This document shows, one piece after another, positions 8,793-17,196 of a stretch of DNA of 27,139 nucleotides (positions are counted from its first letter, which is position 1; each line of letters begins with the position of its first letter). The DNA is from Lachnospiraceae bacterium (lineage in GTDB: Bacteria; Bacillota_I; Bacilli_A; RF39; UBA660), in the NCBI GenBank assembly GCA_963632645.1, contig CAVGVM010000053.1:1-27139 (forward strand). Reading direction: 5' to 3'. The notes beneath the pieces were generated by a model. It saw only the letters and a list, made by a program, of their open reading frames with translations. It did no database searches and was not told the DNA's origin. The translations under genes and the position numbers were made by a program.

Positions 8793-8913
8793 ATACATCC
8801 TCCTTTTTGTTATCTAATATAGTTTATTATAAGTAGTCAGTTTTTGACATTATAAAAAACTATTTTTATTTAATTTTTATTTAATTTGTGATATTATGAT
8901 ATAGAGGTAGATT

Positions 8914-10050
8914 ATGTTAAGAGTATTAAAGAGAATAGATAAACCACTTTTAATTGTTTCATTAATTTTATTTGCTTTGGGTCTTATTACTATTTATTCA
9001 GCTTCTAATGTTACTGCTTATATGCTTAATGATGCTGATCCTAGTAGATATTTTTTGAAGGAGTTAATATTTTTAGTTGCTGGCTTTTTGGTGTGTTTAT
9101 TTTTTATTTTGATTCCTACTAGGAAGTATTATGGTTTTTCATGGCTTGCTACGATTGGAATTTCTGGGGTTATTGTTGTTTTGTCTCTTTTGGGGCAGGT
9201 AATAAATGGGATGAGTGGTTGGATTAATTATAATGGTTTAGGTATTCAACCGAGTGAGTTTGTTAAGGTTGCTATTATTCCTCTTATTGCTACTTATTAT
9301 GATAGGAATGCTAAGTATAGTGATAATTTTATTAGGATGATGGTTCCTATGTTTGTGGCTTTAGTTGTTGCGGGTACTATTGTGTTTCAGGGGGATTTAG
9401 GGACTGCGATTATATTTGTTGGTCTTTGTTTGCTTATGTTTTTTATATCTCCGGTTTCTAGTAAGATAAAGTTTAGGATTGCGGGGCTTGGAGTTATATT
9501 TGCTGCTTTTGTTGCTATACTTTTAGTTACTTGTGGGGATAAGATTATTTCTGAGGATAAGATGGAACGTTTTAATTTTCATAATCCTTGTAGTAGATAT
9601 ATTACTACTGGTAATCAACTTTGTAATGGTTATATTGCTATTAATGGGGGAGGTCTTACTGGAAAGGGATTAGGTAATAGTACTCAAAAGTATTTGTATT
9701 TACCTGAGGCTCATACGGACTTTGTGTTTGCTATATATGTTGAGGAGACTGGTATTATTGGTGCGATTGTGTTATTTGGTTTGTATTTTGTTTTAATTGT
9801 TAGAATTATTGTTATTGGTAAACGTTCTTCTTATATTTCGGGTAGACTTATTTGTTTTGGTACTTCTTTTTATATTTTTATGCATATTATGGTTAATTTG
9901 ACTGGTGTTATGGGAATTTTACCTATGACTGGGGTACCTCTTCCATTTATGAGTTATGGTGGTAGTGTTTGTTGGTGTATTTTGGTTGCTCTTACTATGG
10001 TTCAAAGGGTTAGTTATGAGAATAATGTTAAAAAGTTAAAGAAAAGTTAA
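8914..10050 (+). CDS. FtsW/RodA/SpoVE family SEDS peptidoglycan glycosyltransferase
   Basis: Multi-TM protein with IQPSEFVK, QGDLGT, GGLTGKGLGNS.QK..YLPEAHTDFVF, TGVPLPFMSYGGS. Confidence 0.95.
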   Translation: MLRVLKRIDKPLLIVSLILFALGLITIYSASNVTAYMLNDADPSRYFLKELIFLVAGFLVCLFFILIPTRKYYGFSWLATIGISGVIVVLSLLGQVINGMSGWINYNGLGIQPSEFVKVAIIPLIATYYDRNAKYSDNFIRMMVPMFVALVVAGTIVFQGDLGTAIIFVGLCLLMFFISPVSSKIKFRIAGLGVIFAAFVAILLVTCGDKIISEDKMERFNFHNPCSRYITTGNQLCNGYIAINGGGLTGKGLGNSTQKYLYLPEAHTDFVFAIYVEETGIIGAIVLFGLYFVLIVRIIVIGKRSSYISGRLICFGTSFYIFMHIMVNLTGVMGILPMTGVPLPFMSYGGSVCWCILVALTMVQRVSYENNVKKLKKS

Positions 10051-10117
10051 AAAGTTTTGAAAAAATTTAGGTGAAGAAACACTTTCTTGTTAATAGTATA
10101 GTAGGAGGTGTTTTTTT

Positions 10118-10873
10118 ATGGAAAAATTTTTAGAGATTTATTCTAAATATAGAGATTATATTTTATCGTTTTTATTATTTATTATTTTTATGGTGATTCA
10201 GGGATTATCTTTTTGGTATTTTTCTGGGGAGATTAGCTCTGTTAAGGATACTATTAAAGATAAGAATGTTGTTTCTAAGAAAAGTGTTAGTAGTGCTTCT
10301 GGTAAGTTAATTGTTGATATAAAGGGTGAGGTTAAAAGACCTGGTGTTTATTATCTTGATAATGGAAAAAGAGTAATTGATGTTGTTAAAAAGGCTGGAG
10401 GTTTTACAATAGATGCTGATAGTTCTATTAATAATCTTAGTAAGAAGATTTCTGATGAAATGGTTATTGTTATATATAGTAAGGAAGAAGTTAGAGACTT
10501 TTTGAAACTTAAAGAAAAGAATGATTCTTTGCTTGAAATGTGTAATGGTAATATTGTTAATGATTCTTGTGTTAGTGATGAGAATAGAGATACTTATTCT
10601 GGTAATGATAAGAGTAAAAGTAATAATGATAAGAGTGATAGTAGTAGTTCTAGTAGTAAGAATAGTAATGGAGATGATTCTAAGAAGCTTGTTTCTATAA
10701 ATACTGGTACTTTGGAGGAACTTATGACACTATCTGGTGTTGGGGAATCTAAGGCTAAGGCTATAATTGAGTATAGGAATAAGAAGAAGTTTGAAACTAT
10801 TGAGGAGATTAAAGAAGTTTCCGGTATAGGGGATGCTTTGTTTGAAAAGATTAAAGATAATATTACAGTGTAG
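10118..10873 (+). CDS. comEA: Competence DNA-binding protein ComEA
   Basis: N-terminal TM, SLBB domain (VDIKGEVKRPGVY...AGG), S/N-rich linker, helix-hairpin-helix (INTGTLEELMTLSGVGESKAKAIIEYR...VSGIG). Confidence 0.96.
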   Translation: MEKFLEIYSKYRDYILSFLLFIIFMVIQGLSFWYFSGEISSVKDTIKDKNVVSKKSVSSASGKLIVDIKGEVKRPGVYYLDNGKRVIDVVKKAGGFTIDADSSINNLSKKISDEMVIVIYSKEEVRDFLKLKEKNDSLLEMCNGNIVNDSCVSDENRDTYSGNDKSKSNNDKSDSSSSSSKNSNGDDSKKLVSINTGTLEELMTLSGVGESKAKAIIEYRNKKKFETIEEIKEVSGIGDALFEKIKDNITV

Positions 10874-12923
10874 ATTTATATATGTTTTTATTCTTTTTTT
10901 CGCAATTGTTTCTTATTTTATTAGTAGTAATATAGAGCATGTTAGTAAGTATGATGATTTTAATAAAGAGGAGTTTGTTCTTACTAATATTTATGAAAAG
11001 GATTATGGTTTGAAGATTGAACTTTTTGGTAAGGAGAATGTTATTGGTTTTCTTTATTATAAAAATAGTAATGATATAGATTTGTTTTTAGATAATTATG
11101 GTCTTGGTGATAGGGTTATTGTTAGTGGTGATAAGGTTTCTGTTAAGAATAATACTGTTCCTGATACTTTTAATTATAAGCAATATTTGGTTAGTAATGA
11201 GATATATAATGTTATTAAAGTTACTGATATTAGTAAGAAGGCTGATAATAATAATATATTTTATGCTGTTAAGGAGAAGTTAATCAAAAGGGGTAAGAGT
11301 TTAGATAAATCTTATCCCTATATTAGTAGTCTTATTTTTGGAAATAATAGTTATTTGGATGAGGATGTTCTTTCTTCTTATAGGGAGAACGGTATAAGTC
11401 ATTTGTTTGCTATTTCGGGACTTCATATTTCGATATTTATTGGTATTTTAGGGTATATTCTTGGGAAAATGAAATTTCCTTTGTTTCTTAAGAGTTTGAT
11501 ACTTATTGGTTTTTTGCTTTTTTATATGTTTTTGACTAATTTTGCTATGTCTGTTTTGAGAGGGGCTATTTTTACTATTTTGTTACTTATTAATAAGTTT
11601 TTTAAGATTGGTATTTCTAGTGTTAATTTGCTTTTATTGGCTCTTAGTATTATTTTGTTTATGAATCCTTTGAATCTTAATAATGTTGGACTTCAGTATT
11701 CTTTTTTGGTTACTTTGTTTTTGATTATGTTTTCTGGAATAATTAATGGTAATAAGATTAAGGTTCTTTTTATGATATCTTTTATTTCTTTTTTGGTTTC
11801 TTATCCTATAACTATTAATAATTTTAATCAGGTTAATGTTTTATCTGTTATATATAATTTGTTTTTTGTGCCTTATGTGTCTTCGATTTTGCTTCCTTTA
11901 ACTTTGGTTAGTTATGTGTTTCCTTTTCTTGATAGTGTTTTGTTCTTTTTTATTAAGATAATTGAGGTTTCATCACAGTTTTTGAACTCTGTTGATATTT
12001 TGAAGTTTAGTATGTGTAAAATGAATGTGTTAATGATAGGTATATATTTTGTCATAGTTTGTAGGTTGTTTATGGTTTGGGATAGTAAGAAATTTAGGTA
12101 TTTATGTCTTCTTTTGTTCTTTTTTGTTGTTCATTTTTTGATGCCTTTTAGGGGTGGTGATTATGTTATGTTTTTTGATGTTGGACAGGGTGATAGTGCT
12201 CTTATTAATGTTAATAAGAATGTTACTTTAATTGATACTGGTGGTATGGTTAGTTTTGATGATAGTGAATATAAATATAAGATTGCTAAGAATAAAATTA
12301 TTCCTTATCTTAAGGCTAATGGTATTAGAAAAATTGATAATATGATACTTACTCATGGAGATGCTGATCATATGAAGGAGGCTGTTTATATTGTCAATAA
12401 TTTTAAGGTTGGTAAAGTTATTTTTAATTGTGGGGAGTTTAATTCTTTGGAAAATGAATTAATTGATGTTTTAAAAAGGAGGAATATTAGTTATTCTAGT
12501 TGTGTTAATGAGGTTGTTGTTGATAAGTATAGACTTAAGTTTTTGAATACTGATATTTATGATAATGAGAATGATAATTCTAGTGTTATATATTTTAAGT
12601 ATGATGATTATAAATTTTTATTTATGGGTGATGCTGGGGTTAATCGTGAAGGTGATATTCTTAATAAATATAAGTTAGGAAAGATTGAGTTTTTGAAAGT
12701 TGGTCATCATGGTAGTAATACTAGTAGTGGTTATGAGTTTATAAGTAGTATTAGTCCTAGGTATTCGGTTATAAGTGTTGGAGAGAATAATAGGTTTGGG
12801 CATCCTAGGAATGAGGTTTTGGATGTTTTGTCTAAAAGTAAAGTGTATAGGACTGATATGGATGGTTCTGTTAAGATTTTTTTGAATAAAGATTCTTATG
12901 ATATTAGGCTTTGGAGGCCATGA
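10842..12923 (+). CDS. comEC: DNA uptake channel ComEC/Rec2
   Basis: Competence domain GISHLFAISGLH, TM block, metallo-beta-lactamase domain (DVGQGDS, LTHGDADH, FMGDAG, KVGHHGS, FGHP, RTD..G). Start is probably TTG 10842 (AGGGG upstream); ATG 10833 is the alternative. Confidence 0.96.
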   Translation: MKRLKIILQCRFIYVFILFFAIVSYFISSNIEHVSKYDDFNKEEFVLTNIYEKDYGLKIELFGKENVIGFLYYKNSNDIDLFLDNYGLGDRVIVSGDKVSVKNNTVPDTFNYKQYLVSNEIYNVIKVTDISKKADNNNIFYAVKEKLIKRGKSLDKSYPYISSLIFGNNSYLDEDVLSSYRENGISHLFAISGLHISIFIGILGYILGKMKFPLFLKSLILIGFLLFYMFLTNFAMSVLRGAIFTILLLINKFFKIGISSVNLLLLALSIILFMNPLNLNNVGLQYSFLVTLFLIMFSGIINGNKIKVLFMISFISFLVSYPITINNFNQVNVLSVIYNLFFVPYVSSILLPLTLVSYVFPFLDSVLFFFIKIIEVSSQFLNSVDILKFSMCKMNVLMIGIYFVIVCRLFMVWDSKKFRYLCLLLFFFVVHFLMPFRGGDYVMFFDVGQGDSALINVNKNVTLIDTGGMVSFDDSEYKYKIAKNKIIPYLKANGIRKIDNMILTHGDADHMKEAVYIVNNFKVGKVIFNCGEFNSLENELIDVLKRRNISYSSCVNEVVVDKYRLKFLNTDIYDNENDNSSVIYFKYDDYKFLFMGDAGVNREGDILNKYKLGKIEFLKVGHHGSNTSSGYEFISSISPRYSVISVGENNRFGHPRNEVLDVLSKSKVYRTDMDGSVKIFLNKDSYDIRLWRP

Positions 12924-12938
12924 AAAGGAGATGATAAA

Positions 12939-13473
12939 ATGACTGAAATAAAAGAATATACAGAAAAAATTTTTGAGGACATTAAACATATTGATGATAA
13001 TGGTAATGAATATTGGTTAGCTAGAGAATTACAAGAAACATTAGAATATACACAGTGGAGAAGATTTGAAAATGTAATAGATAAAGCTAAAGTAACATGT
13101 GAAAACTCAAACATTAAGATTTATGACCATTTTGCCGACATCGGCAAAATGGTTGATATAGGTTCAAATACTAAAAGAATAACTAAAGATTATAGATTAA
13201 CAAGATATGCTTGCTATTTAATTGCACAAAATGGTGATTTTAGGAAAAAAGTAATATCACTTGCTTAAACTGATGCTAAATTAAAAAGAGATAGTATTGA
13301 TAATGGGTATAAGACAAATTATGTTTATTATAAAGTGGGAAAAGAAATAAGAAATAGCATTAAAAGAAGGAGGAACAATGCCAGAGGACTTACCAATATC
13401 ATATAAAAGTTTAAAGTAATTAGAAAAAGAAGAATAAAAAATTAGAGATAGAAAAACTAGATTAATACAATAA
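12939..13473 (+). pseudogene. dinD: DNA-damage-inducible protein D (Bro-N-like) pseudogene
   Basis: N-part EYWLARELQ..LEY..WRRF..VIDKAK, DHFADIGKMV, DYRLTRYACYLIAQNGD. TAA at 13266 is followed in frame by DinD C-terminal sequence TDAKLKRD...VGKEIRNSIKR, then a frameshift near 13368 to GGTMPEDLP..KSLK, with further stops. Confidence 0.85.
13126..13153. repeat. Perfect intragenic palindrome in dinD
   Basis: ACCATTTTGCCGA-CA-TCGGCAAAATGGT (13-bp arms, 2-nt spacer). Confidence 0.9.
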
Positions 13474-13523
13474 ACATATGACAAATGATGATAAAATAAT
13501 AGCAATTATAATATTTCAGACTA

Positions 13524-13636
13524 TTTTATTTATGTGTGATGTTGGGGTTAATTGTGAAGGTGCTATTCTTAATAAATATAAGTTAGGAAAGATTGATTTT
13601 TTGAAAGTTGATCATACTAGTAGTGGTTATGACTTT
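13524..13636 (+). repeat. Decayed direct-repeat copy of the comEC segment 12616-12740
   Basis: Manual alignment gives about 7 substitutions and one 12-bp deletion relative to the comEC codons for FLFMGDAGVNREGDILNKYKLGKIEFLKVGHHGSNTSSGYEF. Confidence 0.93.
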
Positions 13637-13659
13637 TGTTCCATAGGGGGGATTTAATT

Positions 13660-14544
13660 ATGGATTATTATGATGAAATAAAAAGTGAACTTATTGGTAG
13701 TGAAGCTAATAGAAAGATTAAGAATTATTCTATTAATAAAAGTGATTTGAATGCTTATTATAATGTTGGTAAAATACTTAGTGAAGCGGGAAAACATTAT
13801 GGTGATGGGATAATAAGAGAGTATTCTAAAAAACTAACTATTGAGGTTGGTAAAGGATATGGAATATCTAATTTAAAACGAATGAGGCAATTTTATTATA
13901 TGGTTGAAAAAGGTGTTGCACTGCCACACCAATTAAGTTGGTCTCATATTTTGAAGTTATTACCTTTGACTGATGTAACTGAAATTAATTATTATATTAA
14001 TGTTACAATAGCTAATAATTATGGATATAGGGAATTAGGAAATCTAATAAAAAATGATGAATATGGTAGATTAGATATTGATACTAAGAATAAATTGGTT
14101 AATGGTGGTAATTATGATGTCATAGACTTTGTTAAAAATCCTATATTAATTAAGAATTGTTATAATTATGAAATTGTATCAGAAAAAATATTGCAAAAAT
14201 TGATTCTTGAAGATATTGCATTTTTTATGAAAGAACTTGGTTCTGGGTTTAGTTTTATAGATAATGAGTATAAAATTAAAGTTGGTGATAGATATAATTA
14301 TATAGATTTATTACTTTATAATATAAAATTTAAATGTTATGTGGTAGTAGAGTTAAAAGTAACTGAATTGAGTTATAATCATACAGGTCAAATTCAAAAT
14401 TATATGAATTATGTTGATAAAAATATAAAGAATATAGATGATAATAAAACTGTTGGTATTATAATTTGTAAAAAAAATAATAAGTATGTGATTGAATATT
14501 GTAGTGATAATCGAATAATTGCAAGAGAATATGAGTTGTTGTGA
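13660..14544 (+). CDS. YhcG/DUF1016 family PD-(D/E)XK nuclease
   Basis: N-terminal domain (YYNVGK, SNLKRMRQFY, LSWSH) and C-terminal nuclease domain (ELGSGFSFI..EY, YIDLLLYN, YVVVELK, GQIQNYMN, TVGIIIC). ATG 13660 follows a GGGGG RBS. Confidence 0.92.
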   Translation: MDYYDEIKSELIGSEANRKIKNYSINKSDLNAYYNVGKILSEAGKHYGDGIIREYSKKLTIEVGKGYGISNLKRMRQFYYMVEKGVALPHQLSWSHILKLLPLTDVTEINYYINVTIANNYGYRELGNLIKNDEYGRLDIDTKNKLVNGGNYDVIDFVKNPILIKNCYNYEIVSEKILQKLILEDIAFFMKELGSGFSFIDNEYKIKVGDRYNYIDLLLYNIKFKCYVVVELKVTELSYNHTGQIQNYMNYVDKNIKNIDDNKTVGIIICKKNNKYVIEYCSDNRIIAREYELL

Positions 14545-14553
14545 TAGTTTATT

Positions 14554-14582
14554 GTATATTTTTCTTTGTTTTTGTCATACTA
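14554..14582 (+). promoter_or_regulatory. Candidate sigma-G/F-type promoter
   Basis: GTATA-N17-CATACTA, similar to the Bacillus forespore consensus GnATA...CATnnTA. Confidence 0.4.
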
Positions 14583-14642
14583 CTAGTAGTTAGTAGTTGA
14601 TTTTAATAATTGGCTCTAGATATTTGGTCGGTTTAAATGGTA

Positions 14643-14668
14643 ACATATTTTGTTTTTTGCATAAGATA
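14643..14668 (+). promoter_or_regulatory. Candidate sigma-K/E-type promoter
   Basis: AC-N15-CATAAGATA; the -10 matches CATAnnnTA, spacing is slightly short. Confidence 0.35.
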
Positions 14669-14671
14669 TAT

Positions 14672-14732
14672 TAGACGCGACCCGTGAGGTGTTCTCGCGT
14701 TTACATAGATGAGAGCTTTTTGCTCTTTTTTT
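14672..14732 (+). ncRNA. Candidate small structured RNA
   Basis: GC-rich stem TAGACGCGA/TCGCGTTTA enclosing CC-GTGA-GG (GNRA loop), then terminator GAGAGC-tttt(t)-GCTCTTTTTTT; no ORF. Confidence 0.45.
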
Positions 14733-14782
14733 CTTTAAAAATTAATGGTTTTATGATAAATTAAAATAGAGGAGTAGTTTGT

Positions 14783-15343
14783 ATGATGAAGTGGTTTAAT
14801 AAGATTAATAGTAAGGATTATAGTTTTAATACTCTTGATAAGATTTGTCTTTATGTTTTGATATTTTTAGCAGGTTCTTTAGCAGGTTTTATTTATGAGG
14901 AGCTATTTTGTTTGATTTTTGATCATGAATTGGTTAAGAGAGGTTTTTTGTATGGGCCTTATTTACCTGTTTATGGATTTGGTGCTGTGTTAATGGTGTT
15001 TTTACTTAAAAGATTTAAGAAGAATCCTTTGGTGGTATTTTTACTTTCTATGTTGGTTACTGGAGTTTTAGAGTATTTTACGGGTTATGCTTTATGGAAT
15101 ATTTTTCATAAGACTTGGTGGGATTATACTGGTTTATTTTTAAATATTGATGGTTATGTTTGTCTTAGATCGGTTCTTACTTTTGGAGTTGGAGGTATTT
15201 TACTTATTTATATTGTAGAACCTTTGGTAAGTATGTTTGTTTCAAAGTTTGCTAAATATAAGATATATATTCTTTCTTATTGTGTTTGTTGTGTTGTTGC
15301 TTTGGATTTTATTCTTACATTAATTTTTAGAAATAAGTTGTAA
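14783..15343 (+). CDS. DUF1113/CmpB-like membrane protein (putative ABC transporter permease family)
   Basis: GFIYE, RGFLYGPYLPVYGFGA, LEYFTG, WWDYT...NIDGYVCL motifs; several TM helices; GAGGAG RBS. Confidence 0.85.
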   Translation: MMKWFNKINSKDYSFNTLDKICLYVLIFLAGSLAGFIYEELFCLIFDHELVKRGFLYGPYLPVYGFGAVLMVFLLKRFKKNPLVVFLLSMLVTGVLEYFTGYALWNIFHKTWWDYTGLFLNIDGYVCLRSVLTFGVGGILLIYIVEPLVSMFVSKFAKYKIYILSYCVCCVVALDFILTLIFRNKL

Positions 15344-15344
15344 T

Positions 15345-15380
15345 AAAAAAATAGTTCGTGTTATTTTGAACTATTTTTTT
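15345..15380. terminator. Bidirectional terminator
   Basis: AAAAAAATAGTTC-N10-GAACTATTTTTTT between convergent genes. Confidence 0.7.
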
Positions 15381-16291
15381 GTTTTGTTAGCTATTTTTAA
15401 TTCTGTTGTTGTGTATAAATCTAGGTTTCCTGCTTTGGCGTTTTCATAGATTTGATTCCATATTTGGCTTTCTATGTGTCTTGATTTTTTAGGATGTGCT
15501 AGATATCTTATAGTTAATTCTACATAATCTTCGGTTAATTTTGTATAGATAATTGGTTCTAGGTTGTTATAGTAGATTCTGTAGTTTCCTATTACATTTG
15601 TTAGTTGATCTTTCATTTTTTTTGGTATTCTTTTTACTATGTCATTGTTTGTTACTATATCGTATAGTACTTTTTTGTTTTGTGGAAGGTCAGCATTTAG
15701 ATTTATTTTTACTTTTAGTTCGTTCCAAACGTATTTGAAGGCTTTTGTGTAATTTTTTATGGGATCTGTAAATACTTTTGAATTTGGTATTTGGATTATT
15801 ATTCCTGTTGATTGTTCTCCTTCTTCTTTGTCTTTTACTTCGAGAATTTCGAAGTTTAGAGTGTTTATATTAACTACATCTCCGATTATGTTTCCTACGA
15901 CATCTCTTATTTCTATTCTGTCTTCTATTTTGAATGGTTTTTTTATTGATATAAATATTCCAGCGAAGAAGTTTAGAATTACATCTCTTAGGGCTAGTGC
16001 TGTTGCCGCACTTATGAAACTTACTAGGGTTATGATGTCTTTTATTTGTTTTTCCCAGATGAATAGTAAAATGATTGTTGTTAGTATTAGTTTTACTATT
16101 TTTACTTTTTTGTTAAAGATATATAGATTTCTTTCGTTTTCTATTAACTGAGTGTTTAGAAATATTATTCCTTTGCTTATTAGTTCTATAATTATTATAG
16201 AGATTATACTATATGTTATGAGTAGTATTGGTGTTTGACTTATTCCAGATAGGTCAGATAGAGTTTTGCTGAATTCTTCTAAAAAGTTCAT
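15371..16291 (-). CDS. mscS: Small-conductance mechanosensitive channel family protein
   Basis: Three TM helices, ALALRDVILNFFAGIFI..KKPFKIEDRIEI, G.V..I, IPNS.VF...I.NY; AAGGAGG RBS. Confidence 0.92.
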   Translation of the reverse strand: MNFLEEFSKTLSDLSGISQTPILLITYSIISIIIIELISKGIIFLNTQLIENERNLYIFNKKVKIVKLILTTIILLFIWEKQIKDIITLVSFISAATALALRDVILNFFAGIFISIKKPFKIEDRIEIRDVVGNIIGDVVNINTLNFEILEVKDKEEGEQSTGIIIQIPNSKVFTDPIKNYTKAFKYVWNELKVKINLNADLPQNKKVLYDIVTNNDIVKRIPKKMKDQLTNVIGNYRIYYNNLEPIIYTKLTEDYVELTIRYLAHPKKSRHIESQIWNQIYENAKAGNLDLYTTTELKIANKTKK

Positions 16292-16452
16292 ATTATTCCT
16301 CCTTTTTCATTTTTATATTATCATATTTTATATATTTTATGTTTTTTAGACAAGTATTATTGATGAGGTTGTCTTGTTGTTTACACTTTTTTGTAAACTT
16401 GTGTTTTTGTTTCTTTTAATATATAATTTATTCTTGAAAAAGGGATGATGTT

Positions 16453-17196
16453 ATGAATTTTAAAGATAAGGTTGTTTTGGTTACTGGTTCTAGTAGGGGA
16501 ATTGGTAGGCAAATAGTTTATGATTTTGCTAAGAAGGGTGCTAGTGTTATTATTAACTATAACAGTAGTGAGGATGATGCTAAGTTACTTGAGGAGGAGA
16601 TTGTTTCTTTATTTGGAGTTTCTGTTATGAGTGTTTGTTGTGATGTTTCTGATGAGGAATCTGTTAAGAAAATGGTTTCTAGTGTTTTGGATAAATTTGG
16701 TAGGATTGATATTCTTGTTAATAATGCTGGTATATGTAATGATACTTTATATGATGAGAAAAGTTATGATTCTTTTGAGAGGGTTTTAGGAGTTAATTTA
16801 ATTGGTACTTATTTAGTTAGTAAGTATGTTTGTTCTGATATGCTTTTAAGGAAGAGCGGTAAGGTTATAAATATTAGTAGTGATAATGGTCTTATGAATG
16901 GTTATCCTGAAAGTGCGGAGTATGATGCTTCTAAAGCAGGGGTTATTTCGCTTACTCATAATATGGCTAAGTTTTATGCTCCTTATATTAATGTTAATTG
17001 TGTGTGTCCTGGTTGGGTTGATACAGATATGAACTTTATGCTTGATGAGTCTCAAGTTAATGATATTAATTCTGGTATTATGCTTGGTAGATTTGGTACT
17101 GTTTCTGAGATTTCTAATGTTGTTATGTTTTTGGCTAGTGATTTTGCTAGTTATGTTAATGATTCTGTTATATGTGTAAATGGAGGTAGTTTATGA
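16453..17196 (+). CDS. SDR family oxidoreductase (FabG-like)
   Basis: TGSSRGIG, DILVNNAG, NISS, YDASK (YxxxK), VCPGWVDT. Confidence 0.93.
   Translation: MNFKDKVVLVTGSSRGIGRQIVYDFAKKGASVIINYNSSEDDAKLLEEEIVSLFGVSVMSVCCDVSDEESVKKMVSSVLDKFGRIDILVNNAGICNDTLYDEKSYDSFERVLGVNLIGTYLVSKYVCSDMLLRKSGKVINISSDNGLMNGYPESAEYDASKAGVISLTHNMAKFYAPYINVNCVCPGWVDTDMNFMLDESQVNDINSGIMLGRFGTVSEISNVVMFLASDFASYVNDSVICVNGGSL

Noticed and set aside
10040..10117. ComK boxes upstream of comEA
   Set aside because: No clean paired AAAA-N5-TTTT boxes; A/T runs are background here.
10860..10880. Absence of comEB between comEA and comEC
   Set aside because: Direct comEA-comEC overlap is common in Bacillota.
12900..12938. LexA (GAAC-N4-GTTC) box upstream of dinD
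   Set aside because: Not present.
13281..13505. 74-aa hydrophobic minus-strand ORF as a type I toxin
   Set aside because: It is antisense to the dinD C-terminal remnant and has no RBS.
13914..13920. TGTTGCA half-site in yhcG matching the Crp/Fnr box
   Set aside because: Spacer differs (1 versus 2 nt) and the right half mismatches; likely coincidence.
12939..14544. Calling the islet a prophage, IS or ICE
   Set aside because: No integrase, transposase, terminal inverted repeats or structural genes.
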